64,000 nt of DNA from an uncultured Verrucomicrobiota bacterium (GTDB lineage Bacteria; Verrucomicrobiota; Kiritimatiellia; CAIKKV01; CAITUY01), in assembly GCA_964611575.1 (NCBI GenBank), contig CAZTAJ010000007.1, positions 1,847 through 65,846 of the forward strand, read 5' to 3'. Made by a program: the position numbers and the translations under genes. The notes under the pieces were generated by a model. The model was not told the DNA's origin, ran no database searches, and saw only the letters and a list, made by a program, of their open reading frames with translations. Position 1 is the first letter of the stretch; each line of letters opens with the position of its first letter. Positions 19,166 to 29,900 of this stretch are shown piece by piece.

Positions 19166-20938
19166 TCAGGAGACACCGTCGCTATCGAGGAAGCGGTACA
19201 GTGTCGCGCGGGAAACGCCCAGCATCTTGGCGGCCGCGACCCTGTTGCCGCCTGAGCGCTCCAGCGCGGCGCGCACGGTGTCGCGATCGAGTCTCACCCG
19301 CAACCTGCCGATGCCCGCCAGGGCGGTACCCGGCGCCGGCGGCGGCGGCACAGGCGGCATGTGCACGGATTTCAGGGCTACCGGTGGCAGATGCTCCAAC
19401 CGAATGGCCCCGCTCTTGCATTTGATCAGGGCAAACTGTATCCAGTTCTGAAGCTCACGAACGTTGCCTGGCCAGGGATATGACACCATGAAACTGATGG
19501 TTTCATCGCTGAACGACAATTCTGAACGTCCGACCTCGCGGAGTGCGCGCTCCAGGAAGTGGTTGGCAATGAGGGGAATGTCAGTCGGCCGTTCGCGCAG
19601 AGGCGGCACGGTCAAGGGAATGACACCGAGGCGATAGAAGAGATCTTCGCGGAATCGTCCCGCCGCCATTTCCCTGGTCAGGTCCTTGTTTGTGGCGCTG
19701 ATGACGCGCACATTGACGCGGACGGTCTTCTCGCCGCCCACATGCACAAAACACCCTTCCTGGAGTACGCGCAAGAGTTTGACCTGCATGGCCGGCGATA
19801 CATCGCCGATCTCATCCAGAAAGATCGTGCCCCCGTCCGCCAGCTCAAAACGACCTTTCTTGTCGCGAATAGCGCCGGTAAAGGCGCCGCGAACATGCCC
19901 GAACAACTCACTCTCGAGGAGCCCCTCAGGCAGGGCGCCGCAGTTCACCGGCACGAAAAGCTTGCCGGCGCGCGGCCCCTCATTGTGCAAGGCCGCGGCG
20001 ATCAATTCCTTGCCGGTCCCGCTTTCGCCCTGGATAAGCACAGGGACATTCGACTCCGCCAACTCGGGAATGAGATCGAACAGGGCCAGCATTTTAGGGT
20101 CGCGCCCGATGATGCCCGCAAACTGCTCGATTTCACCGAGACGCCGCGCCAAACGTACCTCACGCGTCACATCCCGGAAACAGACGATGATGCCGACCTG
20201 CCGTCCCTGCTGGTTGCTCATGGTGTGCAGCGTCATCCCCACACGCCGCCGTTCACCCTGACGCGTGCAGACATCCAGTTCGCGGAATTCGCCGTCGGCC
20301 GGCAACGGCTGCCCGTCGCAGAACGAACATTTGCCTCCGCAGAGGCCACCCGACAAGGTGTCATGGCAGTCGTGATTAAGGACCTCTTCACGTGCATAGC
20401 CGGTGATGCGTTCGGCTGCGGCGTTGAAATAGAGGATCCGGCGCTGCATGTCATGGGCGATGACCCCTTCCGAAATGTGGTCAAGCACCAGATCGGCATA
20501 TTGCTTCACGTGAGCCAGTGCGTCCAGATACCCCTTGTCGAACAGGTCATCCACGAGACGGCGAATGTCATCGCGCACGGCCCTGAAGGCGGCCACCTCG
20601 CCGGAACCGACGGCCGGATCGGCAACCTCCCACTGCACCTGCGCAGGATTGCCGGGAAGCATCGGGATGCCCTGCGCCGCCGTTCCGCCCAAGGTGACGA
20701 CCATGTCAAAATTCCTCACGGAAAGAGCGTCCAGCGTCTGGGTTCCCTGGGGTCGAATGTCGGCACCCGCCTCGGCCATGACCTGAACGGCCAGCGGTTG
20801 CACGGCCCCGGATCCGGTGCTCGCGCTGTAGACGAGGACGTCAGGTCGGGCCCGCATACGAGCAAAGCCCTCTGCCATCTGGCTCCGACAGGAATTGCCA
20901 TCGCACGAGAAAAGAAGATGGATGCGTCGTTCGGCCAT
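19166..20938 (-). CDS. Sigma54-dependent activator: ArsC/LMW-PTP-like domain + PAS + AAA+ + Fis-type HTH
   Basis: N-terminal CDGNSCRSQMAEG; PAS (NAAAERITGY); GESGTGKE, GAFTGA, FLDEIGD and WPGNVREL; HTH AAKMLGVSRATLYR. Confidence 0.92.
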   Translation of the reverse strand: MAERRIHLLFSCDGNSCRSQMAEGFARMRARPDVLVYSASTGSGAVQPLAVQVMAEAGADIRPQGTQTLDALSVRNFDMVVTLGGTAAQGIPMLPGNPAQVQWEVADPAVGSGEVAAFRAVRDDIRRLVDDLFDKGYLDALAHVKQYADLVLDHISEGVIAHDMQRRILYFNAAAERITGYAREEVLNHDCHDTLSGGLCGGKCSFCDGQPLPADGEFRELDVCTRQGERRRVGMTLHTMSNQQGRQVGIIVCFRDVTREVRLARRLGEIEQFAGIIGRDPKMLALFDLIPELAESNVPVLIQGESGTGKELIAAALHNEGPRAGKLFVPVNCGALPEGLLESELFGHVRGAFTGAIRDKKGRFELADGGTIFLDEIGDVSPAMQVKLLRVLQEGCFVHVGGEKTVRVNVRVISATNKDLTREMAAGRFREDLFYRLGVIPLTVPPLRERPTDIPLIANHFLERALREVGRSELSFSDETISFMVSYPWPGNVRELQNWIQFALIKCKSGAIRLEHLPPVALKSVHMPPVPPPPAPGTALAGIGRLRVRLDRDTVRAALERSGGNRVAAAKMLGVSRATLYRFLDSDGVS

Positions 20939-21011
20939 GAGTACATCTTGTCCAAAGGCTGGGGAGCATTCTGTCGGTGCAACCGCACGAATGCAAGCCC
21001 GTTACAGCCCG

Positions 21012-21848
21012 TTACGGTAAAGGCGGTTTCGACAGGGTAAGCCGTCGCCACTGCTGAAAGACAGCCAGCGCCTCGCGATGTACGGCAAGCACGTCCCGGA
21101 TCATGGCAGGCTCGTTGTCAGGCGTAACGCCGGGCGCGACACTTTTCACGACGAACGAGAGCCTTTCTTCGCTGGCCCAGGCCGGCTGGCGCAACCGCAG
21201 GAACGTCAGCAGATCCGTGCGGGAGCTGTTCCAGCGGGCCCGGAACCACGCTCCGACCGAGACCAGCGGATGGCGGAGCGTTTCCCGCGTAATGCCCCGA
21301 GGAATCCAGCGCGGGTCTTCCGGTCCATCAACCCGCGGAAAGGCCATGGAGCGGATATCCTCGTTCATGGCGACGAAATCGCCGGCTCTCAGGATCGTGG
21401 TTGTCGCAATTGACACCTCCCCGCCCGGCGACCTCAGTCGCCAAACCTGCACTGTGTCCCGAGGCTCTCGGGGAGTCGGGTCCGACACTCCGGCCTGAAT
21501 CAAGTCCACGTCATACGACTTGAGCCGCATACAAGTGGGCATGTTGTAACCATGAACCAGCCGGACCAGGGTCGTCCGGCCGCCACGCCGCACCTCCATG
21601 GCGACAATATTCGGCTCCGCGGGATCATTGGTCGAAACCGGCACCATCCGGCTCATGCCCCCCTTCAAGGCGGGTTGAAACCCCCGGAAATCGGCGGCGG
21701 TCAGATCGAAGGGGCTGAAAGGACGGCGACTGGCCCGTGCCATCAGTTCCCACACGCCGGTCAAGGCGATGCAGATCAACAGAATGGACGGCACCACCCA
21801 TTCGCGTGAACGACGCTCCACAACGATGGGATCCTCTTCGGGGTTCAT
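21012..21848 (-). CDS. Exosortase-locus protein, EpsI-like periplasmic protein with an N-terminal TM helix
   Basis: One N-terminal hydrophobic helix; HGYNMPTCMRLKSY resembles the EpsI H-x-P-x-x-C-Y motif; genomic context. Confidence 0.5.
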   Translation of the reverse strand: MNPEEDPIVVERRSREWVVPSILLICIALTGVWELMARASRRPFSPFDLTAADFRGFQPALKGGMSRMVPVSTNDPAEPNIVAMEVRRGGRTTLVRLVHGYNMPTCMRLKSYDVDLIQAGVSDPTPREPRDTVQVWRLRSPGGEVSIATTTILRAGDFVAMNEDIRSMAFPRVDGPEDPRWIPRGITRETLRHPLVSVGAWFRARWNSSRTDLLTFLRLRQPAWASEERLSFVVKSVAPGVTPDNEPAMIRDVLAVHREALAVFQQWRRLTLSKPPLP

Positions 21849-21871
21849 GGCATGGGCATCCGGCGGACCGG

Positions 21872-23293
21872 TCAGCGCATCTCGCGTTCCAGGCCGAAAA
21901 GGACGATACGCAGCGTACGCAGCAGGATCCGCAGATCAAGCCCGAATGAAAGATTCTGGAGATAGTACATGTCGTATTCCAGCTTGGTCTTGGCATCCTT
22001 CACCGACGCACCGTACGGGTAGCGGATCTGTGCCCAACCCGTGAGGCCCGGGGGTATGTTTTCACGCTCGCGGTAGAGGGGGATCTCCTTTTCCAACTGG
22101 GCGGCCAGCTCGGGCCGCTCCGGGCGAGGCCCGACGAGACTCATGCTGCCTTTCAGTATGTTGATGAACTGGGGCATTTCGTCCAGACGATACCGGCGCA
22201 GGAATCGTCCGATCGTCGTCACGCGCGGATCCTGCAGGGGAGACCAGACCGCCCCCACCCCATGTTCCGCCCCATGCACCATGGTCCTGAACTTGTAGAT
22301 CAGAAACGGATGCCCGAATCGCCCCACCCGCTCCTGGCAGTAGAACACCGGACTTTGTGGCGCCGAGGCCTTGATCAACAAGGCGACCAGGGCACAAATG
22401 ATGAGGGCAGGCACACCGATCAACAGCACGATGACCACGTCGGACACCCGCTTGAAGCGCATGACAACCGTCGAGGCAAACCCAAGGCTGGCCTGCATCA
22501 ACCAAGCCTCATTGATCAAGTCAAGCGGCACACGCCCGGCATACACTTCCGCCACGTTAAGCGCCGTGAGCACGGGAACGCCTTCGAAACGCAATCGCCG
22601 CAATTGCGAATGCAGTCTGGCGGCATCCTCCTCCTTCTCCAGACCAATGAGGATGACATCGACCGACAGCGAACGGATGACCGACGCCAGCGTTTCCGCC
22701 GTGGCCCGGATGACCGGCACCCCCTCCGCCCGAGGACCGAGCGTCGGCGTCGCCCCGCGGGTATCCACCTCGATCAATGCCGTGACCCGGTGCACCGGTC
22801 GAATGCCGGCATGCTCCACCATCTCCAGCACCTGCCGTGCCTGTGGCCCGGCCCCCACCACCGCCACCCGGTAACCGAAGGCATCCTTCCGGAAAAGGAA
22901 ATAGTAGATGACCAACCGCATCGACAGCCACAGGACCGAGTAAAACACCAGGGTCAACACCAGCACACCGCGGCCCACCAGCAGACCCAGCCAGGCATAG
23001 GACGTTGTGCTGACCACGAGCAGCGCCATGCCGATGGAAAAGAGCCAATTGACCACCATGTTGAATCGCGACACACGAATCTCGAAACCGTAGGTGCCGG
23101 TCACGTAGTTGGCGACAATGATGGTGGCGCCCATGTACATCCACCCGGAGAGATTCTCGAAGAGGTAAGGCTGCAGGGCTGCTCCACCCAGGCGCACGAT
23201 GATCGCCGCCACGACGCCGACAGCCAGACAGAGGGCGTCCAGTGCGGCCATCCTCACAATCTGGGTGTCGAGATGACTGCGATGAACAGCCAT
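21872..23293 (-). CDS. Priming polyprenyl-phosphate sugar phosphotransferase
   Basis: N-terminal TMs; KRVSD, YKFRTM, DPRVT, LDEMPQ, MSLVGPRPERP, PGLTGWAQI and KLEYDMYY. Confidence 0.93.
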   Translation of the reverse strand: MAVHRSHLDTQIVRMAALDALCLAVGVVAAIIVRLGGAALQPYLFENLSGWMYMGATIIVANYVTGTYGFEIRVSRFNMVVNWLFSIGMALLVVSTTSYAWLGLLVGRGVLVLTLVFYSVLWLSMRLVIYYFLFRKDAFGYRVAVVGAGPQARQVLEMVEHAGIRPVHRVTALIEVDTRGATPTLGPRAEGVPVIRATAETLASVIRSLSVDVILIGLEKEEDAARLHSQLRRLRFEGVPVLTALNVAEVYAGRVPLDLINEAWLMQASLGFASTVVMRFKRVSDVVIVLLIGVPALIICALVALLIKASAPQSPVFYCQERVGRFGHPFLIYKFRTMVHGAEHGVGAVWSPLQDPRVTTIGRFLRRYRLDEMPQFINILKGSMSLVGPRPERPELAAQLEKEIPLYRERENIPPGLTGWAQIRYPYGASVKDAKTKLEYDMYYLQNLSFGLDLRILLRTLRIVLFGLEREMR

Positions 23294-23296
23294 AGT

Positions 23297-25549
23297 CTAC
23301 TCCGACGACAGCACGCCACCCCGCAGCCAGCGCTTCACCGTGCTCCGCATCCGGCTGAACCGACCGCCCACCGCATGCCGGCCATGCTCGTCGTAGAGAT
23401 CGTAGTTGTAGCCGTACTTGTAGGCGTAACTGTAGTAGGCATAGTTCGGGTATTGGTAGGCGTAGTAGAGGCTGCTGATCCTGTGCATCTCGATGCTGTT
23501 GACGATCAGCCCGATCACATGCACATCGCCCAGCATGTCCAGTGAGTACTTGATGACCGGCTTGGAGGTCTTATTGGCATGCGCCACGTAGATCACGCAA
23601 ACAAGGGGGCAGTTGGCCAGAATGACCGTGTCGGTCACACGCAGAACGGGCGCCGAATCCATCATGACGAAATCGAACTTGTCGACGACATCGCTCAACA
23701 TCCCTTCCAGGCCCGCCGCATGCAGAAGTTCCGACGTGTTCTTTTCGACAGTGCCCGCCGGGATAAACCACAGGTTGTCGTGCGGCGTCGCACACACGAC
23801 CTCGCCCAGGGGCCGTCGGTCGCGCAAGACATCGATCACCCCCGGGGTACGCTCGCACTCCAGTGACTTGTGCAGAACGCCACGCCGCAGGTCCATGTCG
23901 ATCAAGAGGACGCGCTTCCCTGTCTTTGCCATCATGATGGCAAGATTGAGGGACGTAAGCGTCTTCCCCTCTTTGGAATCGGCGCTCGTGATCAGGATGA
24001 CCTTCTTGCCGGCCTTTTCGACCGCCGAGAGTACGTTCGTCCGCAGGGCACGGTAAGCCTCCGCCGCCCCCGACCGGTGCTGTTCGCTGACAATCGGCCG
24101 AATCCGCGTCGTCAGATCGCTGTGCACCCAGTAAGGGATGCCACCAAGAAACGGGACCCCGACGACCGACTCGACATCGCTCACCGACTGCACTTTGTCA
24201 TCGAAGAAGTACGCGACCATCGCCAACGCCAGCCCCGAACCAATACCGGCCACCAAGACGGTCACAAGGATCTTCCACGGGTCAGGCCAGGCGGGTTTTG
24301 GATTGGTGCGTACAGGCACCACCACCGCGAAATGTTCCCCCTTGATTTCCTTCTCAATCCGCAGATCGTTCAGGCGGCCATACAATTCCCCGTACATTGT
24401 TTCCAGTCGTGCCACGGCCATCGTAAGGTGGCGCAAGTCAGCGCCTTTGCGACTGGCAAGCAGAAACGAGTTCTTCCAGCGCCTCTGGGCTTCGTCCAGC
24501 GCATTGATTTGCATGCCGAGCGCCGATGCCCTCTGCCTCAAACGGACATATTCGACCTCCGACTGCAACTCCGTGTCCCTGCGAATCGCGGCCATCTCGT
24601 CATCGATGGATCGCAGCTTCGGATTATCGGGCTGCATGTGCGAGGTCAACTCTGCCCGTTCACGTTGCAGACGGGCAAGCCTGAGGCGCTTGTCCTGGAA
24701 AGCGCCGCTCCAGTCATCCGGGCGAGCAGCCCCCATCCCGGGCTCATTTGTCACGCCGCCTGCCGATGAAGAGGTGGACGAGGACAACGCCCCAGTCTCC
24801 TTCGTCAACGCCATGACGTCACGAATGACCTCGGGGGCTTCGCCCTTCAGCCCCGGGTATTGCAGTTCCAGCATCCACTTCTCGGTGCTCAGCCTCTGAC
24901 TGCGGTTGACCAGGTCATTCAGGTAGCCCAACTCGAAAGAACCGCGAGCCTGAACGTACTCCATCTCATTGACGCGCTGGTACTCGATCACATCGTCTTC
25001 GGCTGAGCGAATCTGCTCACGAAGCCGGGATAGTTCTTCCTGCAAAACTCGTTCCGCCGACCCGAACGAGTCCTGCTTCACGACCTCCCGCTGGAGTTGG
25101 AACTCCCGGTTCACTTCCCGCAGAAAGGCCCGGGCATACGCCGGATGGGAATTCCGGATCGACAAGGTGATCATGAACCCGTCGCCAACCTCCAGGCCGA
25201 CCGTTAAGGCGGGCCACAGTTCTTTCCCGTTGCCACCCAGGCGCGACAGCCATATGGGGGCCAGTCGCTCCACGATCCTGGCCCTGAACGCCTCGCTCCT
25301 CAGCAGGCTGACATGCGACTGACTCTGAGAGGAATGATATCCCTGCGATTCAATCTTTGTACTCGGATCGCGGTAGATGAACAACCGGGTAGCCGTGTCG
25401 TATTGCTTAGGCGTGAACTCCAGGTACAGGACTCCGCCCAGCAGACAATAGAGGAAGCAGATGAGAATCAGCTTCCAGCGGAATACCAATATGCCAAGGT
25501 AGATCCGAGGATCGATCTTCTTCTGTTCAAAGGTATCGTTTACAGGCAT
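23297..25549 (-). CDS. wzc: Polysaccharide co-polymerase / BY-kinase (Wzc-like)
   Basis: Two TMs around a coiled-coil region; EAYRALRT, Walker A SKEGKT, DMDLRR and DSAP; Tyr-rich tail. Confidence 0.9.
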   Translation of the reverse strand: MPVNDTFEQKKIDPRIYLGILVFRWKLILICFLYCLLGGVLYLEFTPKQYDTATRLFIYRDPSTKIESQGYHSSQSQSHVSLLRSEAFRARIVERLAPIWLSRLGGNGKELWPALTVGLEVGDGFMITLSIRNSHPAYARAFLREVNREFQLQREVVKQDSFGSAERVLQEELSRLREQIRSAEDDVIEYQRVNEMEYVQARGSFELGYLNDLVNRSQRLSTEKWMLELQYPGLKGEAPEVIRDVMALTKETGALSSSTSSSAGGVTNEPGMGAARPDDWSGAFQDKRLRLARLQRERAELTSHMQPDNPKLRSIDDEMAAIRRDTELQSEVEYVRLRQRASALGMQINALDEAQRRWKNSFLLASRKGADLRHLTMAVARLETMYGELYGRLNDLRIEKEIKGEHFAVVVPVRTNPKPAWPDPWKILVTVLVAGIGSGLALAMVAYFFDDKVQSVSDVESVVGVPFLGGIPYWVHSDLTTRIRPIVSEQHRSGAAEAYRALRTNVLSAVEKAGKKVILITSADSKEGKTLTSLNLAIMMAKTGKRVLLIDMDLRRGVLHKSLECERTPGVIDVLRDRRPLGEVVCATPHDNLWFIPAGTVEKNTSELLHAAGLEGMLSDVVDKFDFVMMDSAPVLRVTDTVILANCPLVCVIYVAHANKTSKPVIKYSLDMLGDVHVIGLIVNSIEMHRISSLYYAYQYPNYAYYSYAYKYGYNYDLYDEHGRHAVGGRFSRMRSTVKRWLRGGVLSSE

Positions 25550-25602
25550 GCAAGCTCCGTCGCACAGGAGAATGATCCTTCAGAGGCGGGCCCGGCCCAG
25601 GG

Positions 25603-26862
25603 TCAAAAGAAGGCAAATCGGCGGGCACGGACAACAACACGGTCGCCCGATTCCAGGACAAGGTCATTCTTCGGATCACCCACACTCATCAAATCGCTCC
25701 CATTGACCAGGAATGTCTTTTCGCGCCCGTCTTTGGCCGTCCGCACCACCTGAATCCGGTCAGCCCTGGCAAAACGAGGCAACCCGCCGATCTTGAACAA
25801 CAGGTACATCACTGTACAGGGCTCATTCTCCGCAAAATCCACAACGCCCCGGCGCGGCACCTCGCCCAGAAGCAGGATGCGTTTCCCGCCGCCGCTGACC
25901 CTTCCCGGCTGGGTGGTTTCATAAGTAAAGACGTAGGCCATGTCATTATTACGCAGCAGAACATCGGGAACCTGGAGCCGTCCGTCCGACGACGACAGCA
26001 CATACACCTCCCCAGGTGCCGCAGGGCCAAACGGCGTGCGCATGCCGCCACGCACGATCTTTACACGGGCGTTATCGCGATTGCCGCGCAACCCCCCGGC
26101 GCGGCGCAAAGCTTCATTCATTGTTATTGTCGCGCCAGCCCCAATCTTGATCTGTGCCGGCATATCGACGGCACCCAACACCGCCACCTGATCGTACGAT
26201 GCCTTCGCGATCTTGACGCTCACGGTAGCGCGATTCAGATACCGGCCCTCCAACGCATTTCGGATAGCCGCCTCCGCTTGATCGACATTCATGTCCGACA
26301 GGAAGATCAGACCCACGTAACCGAAATCGATGGCGGAGGCGCTGTTAACCAAATACCGTCCATTGAGGCTGGGATCCTCCGACACCGAAACCCAGAGCAG
26401 CGTCTCCGGTTGGATCGTGGGCGCCGTCATCTTGATCATCGTCGGCTCTGCAGCGAGGTTGGACGACACCCCGACCGGCGCAGGAACACTGGGCGCAGGA
26501 ACACTGGGCGCAAGAACACTGGGCGCAGGAACACTGGGCGCAAGAACAGCCACTGGCACGGGAACCGTCGATGCCGGAGCGGGAGCGACTACAGTCTCCG
26601 GGACAGTACCTGTGACTGCGGAAACCTGAGCGGGCGCAACATCAACTGCGGGCACGATGGCAGGGGGAGGCACATCGACCGGTTCAACCGGTGTTGCAAG
26701 GGGCTGGGAGTCCGCCATGGCTTCCGCAATGATCTGCTGGACGTAGTCGTCATTACTCGGGGTGGCACACCCACCCGCCAGGATCGATATGCCCAAGGCA
26801 CACATCCCAACGAGCAGAGGCATGACCACTCGCCCCCATCTGTCCGGCCAGGCCCAATTCAT
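25603..26862 (-). CDS. wza: Polysaccharide export lipoprotein (Wza-like, SLBB domains)
   Basis: Lipobox LAGGC, Pro/Val/Ala linker, poly_export domain and SLBB repeats (ALRRAGG, LESGDRVVV). Confidence 0.82.
   Translation of the reverse strand: MNWAWPDRWGRVVMPLLVGMCALGISILAGGCATPSNDDYVQQIIAEAMADSQPLATPVEPVDVPPPAIVPAVDVAPAQVSAVTGTVPETVVAPAPASTVPVPVAVLAPSVPAPSVLAPSVPAPSVPAPVGVSSNLAAEPTMIKMTAPTIQPETLLWVSVSEDPSLNGRYLVNSASAIDFGYVGLIFLSDMNVDQAEAAIRNALEGRYLNRATVSVKIAKASYDQVAVLGAVDMPAQIKIGAGATITMNEALRRAGGLRGNRDNARVKIVRGGMRTPFGPAAPGEVYVLSSSDGRLQVPDVLLRNNDMAYVFTYETTQPGRVSGGGKRILLLGEVPRRGVVDFAENEPCTVMYLLFKIGGLPRFARADRIQVVRTAKDGREKTFLVNGSDLMSVGDPKNDLVLESGDRVVVRARRFAFF
26477..26548. repeat. 15-bp coding tandem repeat, about 4.8 copies
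   Basis: GGCGCA(G/A)GAACACTG repeated; encodes APSVP/APSVL in the Wza linker. Confidence 0.9.
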
Positions 26863-26946
26863 GAACAGACTACCCTCCGCAACGACCCCCCAACCGCATA
26901 CCGCGGGCGCCGCAACACCCCACGAAAATGCAGAAAATCACTAAAC

Positions 26947-26975
26947 CTTATACGACCCGCCGCCATAGGTGTCAA
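26947..26975 (-). promoter_or_regulatory. Sigma70-type promoter for wza-wzc
   Basis: Minus strand TTGACA-17 bp-TATAAG. Confidence 0.75.
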
Positions 26976-26990
26976 CGCGAAACAGGCACA

Positions 26991-29900
26991 CTATTCGCGT
27001 TCGCGGCGCAGAATCTCGTCGAGGAGCGCCCGAACCCGTGTTTCGGTGGCCGGAGAGCGCTCGGCGCTTTGACGGACAAGGTCCAGATTCTGCCGAGCCT
27101 CGCGATATCGCCCCAATCTAATCTGTGCCTCCGCCGCATTCAGATAGACCTCATGCCAGGCATAATCCCCTTGTTTGACGAGATTTACCGCCTTGGCGGC
27201 ATAGTCGCCCGCCGCTTTCAGATCCCCGGAGCGCAACGCCACCACGGCCGCCGTGTCGTACACGGCAAAGCCCCCCCCGCCCGCCTTAAGCAAATCGGGC
27301 AACAAAGCAACCGCTTTTCCAATAGTAGCAGGATCCTGGGCCAATGCATAGACCAGGTTGTTCAATATGTTCGGATCATCGGGATAGTCCTTGCGCGCTC
27401 CTTCCAGAACCCGCACAGCCTTGGTCGCATTGCCTTCAAGGCGGGCCGCTTCTGAAGCAATGAGATAGGTCCTAATGCGCGGCGGCTGCTTGGTGCCCGT
27501 GCGCCGCAGGGCATCCTCAAGTACATCCATGGCCTGGTCGGGCTGTCCCCGCTGGAAATAAGCATCGCCCAGCCTTTCATCCCAAACCCCTTCGTTCGGG
27601 TATTGAGCCTGCAGTCCCACCAAAGCACGAATAACATCGGCATCGGGTTTCACGTCCTTCGACTTGAGCCCGACGATGATCTTGTAGAATGGCCAAGGTT
27701 CCAGGGCCTGTTCGGCGCCGTCCCGGGCGCATCGTGCAGCCCACACCATGTCCTTGGACTTGATCGCACAGGCCAATCCCATCACATAGGCGGGAAGCAG
27801 GCCCTGACCCCGGGCGATCGCCTCGCGCGCGGCGGCTGAAGCGACCTCGCCCATTCCCTTGCGCAGCAGGAAATCCGAAGCCACGACCAAGGTGCCCGGC
27901 GCGCGGTCCCGTGCGGCAATGGCCTGGTTCACCATGGCCGCCGCGCCAGCCTCATCCTTGCGGGAGTTGACGCGCGCGATCAGTGCGGCCAGCCACAGGT
28001 TTCCATCCCACGGACAAGCCTTATACGCCTGCTCGACAATCTCCGGATCGCCGCCCGAAAGCGCCACCTCGATCCGCCGCAAAGCGATCCACCCCGGACG
28101 CAATGCCACGGCCCGTCTGGCCACCGCAAGCGCCTCCTTCTGGCGACCCGACTGGCGGGCCAGCAGAATCGTTAACTCATTGAGCGCCGTGGCCTGCTCC
28201 CCGGCATCGCGCCCTGCCGACTGCCAGGCGGCCGGGTCGCTGGTGGCCCCAGCCCCCCGTTCCCGGTACCACGCATCCTTGAGCGCACGAATACGCGCCA
28301 GGAATACGCTCTGCCGCGCGGGCATCGCCAGCCGCTCGCGCTCGTAGTCCGCCTCGGCCAGAACGCCGCCGCGCCACTGGATCACCCGCTCCGCCGGCGG
28401 CAGGAGTTCCGTCTGGCGGCGCGGAAGCTGCAGGGCGGTCAGACGTTCCGAGCCCGCCAACTTGTCGCCTTCCTTGATGCGCCCTGTGGCCATCAGGAAC
28501 CGCAGACGAATCGCAGGATCGGCGGGCACCTTCATCTGGCCGATCTTATGCAGTGCTTCCTCCGCCAACCCGAAATACCCCAGGGTCACCGCCGTCAATT
28601 CCATCAGTTCATCCGACGCGGGGAACATGCGCGCGGCATCGTCCAGGATGCCCATCGCATACGGCCCCATGTCGAGCGTCAGTACAACCGCGGCCATGTC
28701 GAGCCGGACCGTGAGCGACGGATGCGACTCATCACGGCTGTAGTCGCTGAACGCCTCGTAAGCCGACTCTGTCAGGCCCTGCGTCCGATAGAGTGCGGCA
28801 TGTTGGAGTTTGTAGACGCGGCGGCGCAAAGGATGGGTCTTCTCAAACTGATCGAGCTTGGCGTGAGCCTCATCCCAACGTTTCAGTTCTCCTAGAATCT
28901 GCACATAGACCGATTCCATCCGCGGCTCAAGTTTGCCCGCGCGTTCGAGCGTCTCGAGAATCGTCAAGCACTCGCGCAACCGGCGTTGGCGTTCGCCCGA
29001 TCCCGGCTGTGTCTGGAGTTCGGAGGCTTCGGGAATCGCGGCCCAAAGCCGGCGCCACGGAGCCAGATTGCCGACGGTGGCAAGAAAGGCCCGCGAGTCA
29101 ACAACCCCGCCCCCCCCCTGCGTCGCCAACCCCAGATAGGTCTGACGGAACGAAAACCACGCGGCGGCGAACTGGGTCGGCGCGATCACCAGGTCGGGGT
29201 CGCCTGGAAATCCCCTGCGCAACCGCCCATAGGCCCGCCAGCCCAAGTCGGCCCGGCCGGCCTTGAAGGCCCCTTCCATCACCTGGGACAGTTCGGCAGC
29301 CGTGAACGTATCCAGATGCTCCCGCAAGACGGTTTCCACCCGTGACTCCCACTCGGCTTCGCGTTTGGCCACCCATACGGCGACGAGCGGGGTCAAGAAC
29401 AAGCGGTCCATATCCTTACGAACCATGGCGCGCCGCAAGACGTTGGCAGCACCGTCGAAATCGTTCATCCGTATTCGCGCCGTCGCCGCAATCACCCCAT
29501 GCAAGGGGTTGGCGTAGGGCATGTCGGGATCAACCTTGGAAATCGTCTCCCACAACTCGCGAGCGGCAAGATAGGGAAACAAGCTCCGAATACGGTCCAG
29601 CAACCCGATGCCATACGATGCCTTGATCAACGCAGGGGATACTTCATCCGGCTTGTCGAGCATAGCCATGAACTCGGCCATGACCATCGCGACGCCCGGC
29701 CAGCCGCGAGTCTCAGCCGGCAGCCCGTTCATGACGGCCCGGGCTTCGTCAAACCGCTTGAGTTCCATCAGTGCCCGTGCCTCGAGCACGCGATCGCCAA
29801 GGGACCGTGCCTCGACCGGGCGCCGTCTGACATAGGCAAGCGCTTCGTCCAACCGACGGCGCTCGAACAGGATGGTCGCCATGTCCGTATGCAGGGCCTC

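Noticed and set aside
29110-29118. C9 tracts in the exosortase-TPR gene and the YfhO-like gene (60057-60065) as phase-variation sites
   Set aside because: At roughly 65% GC a few runs of 9 G or C are expected by chance in 64 kb, and both genes are in frame.
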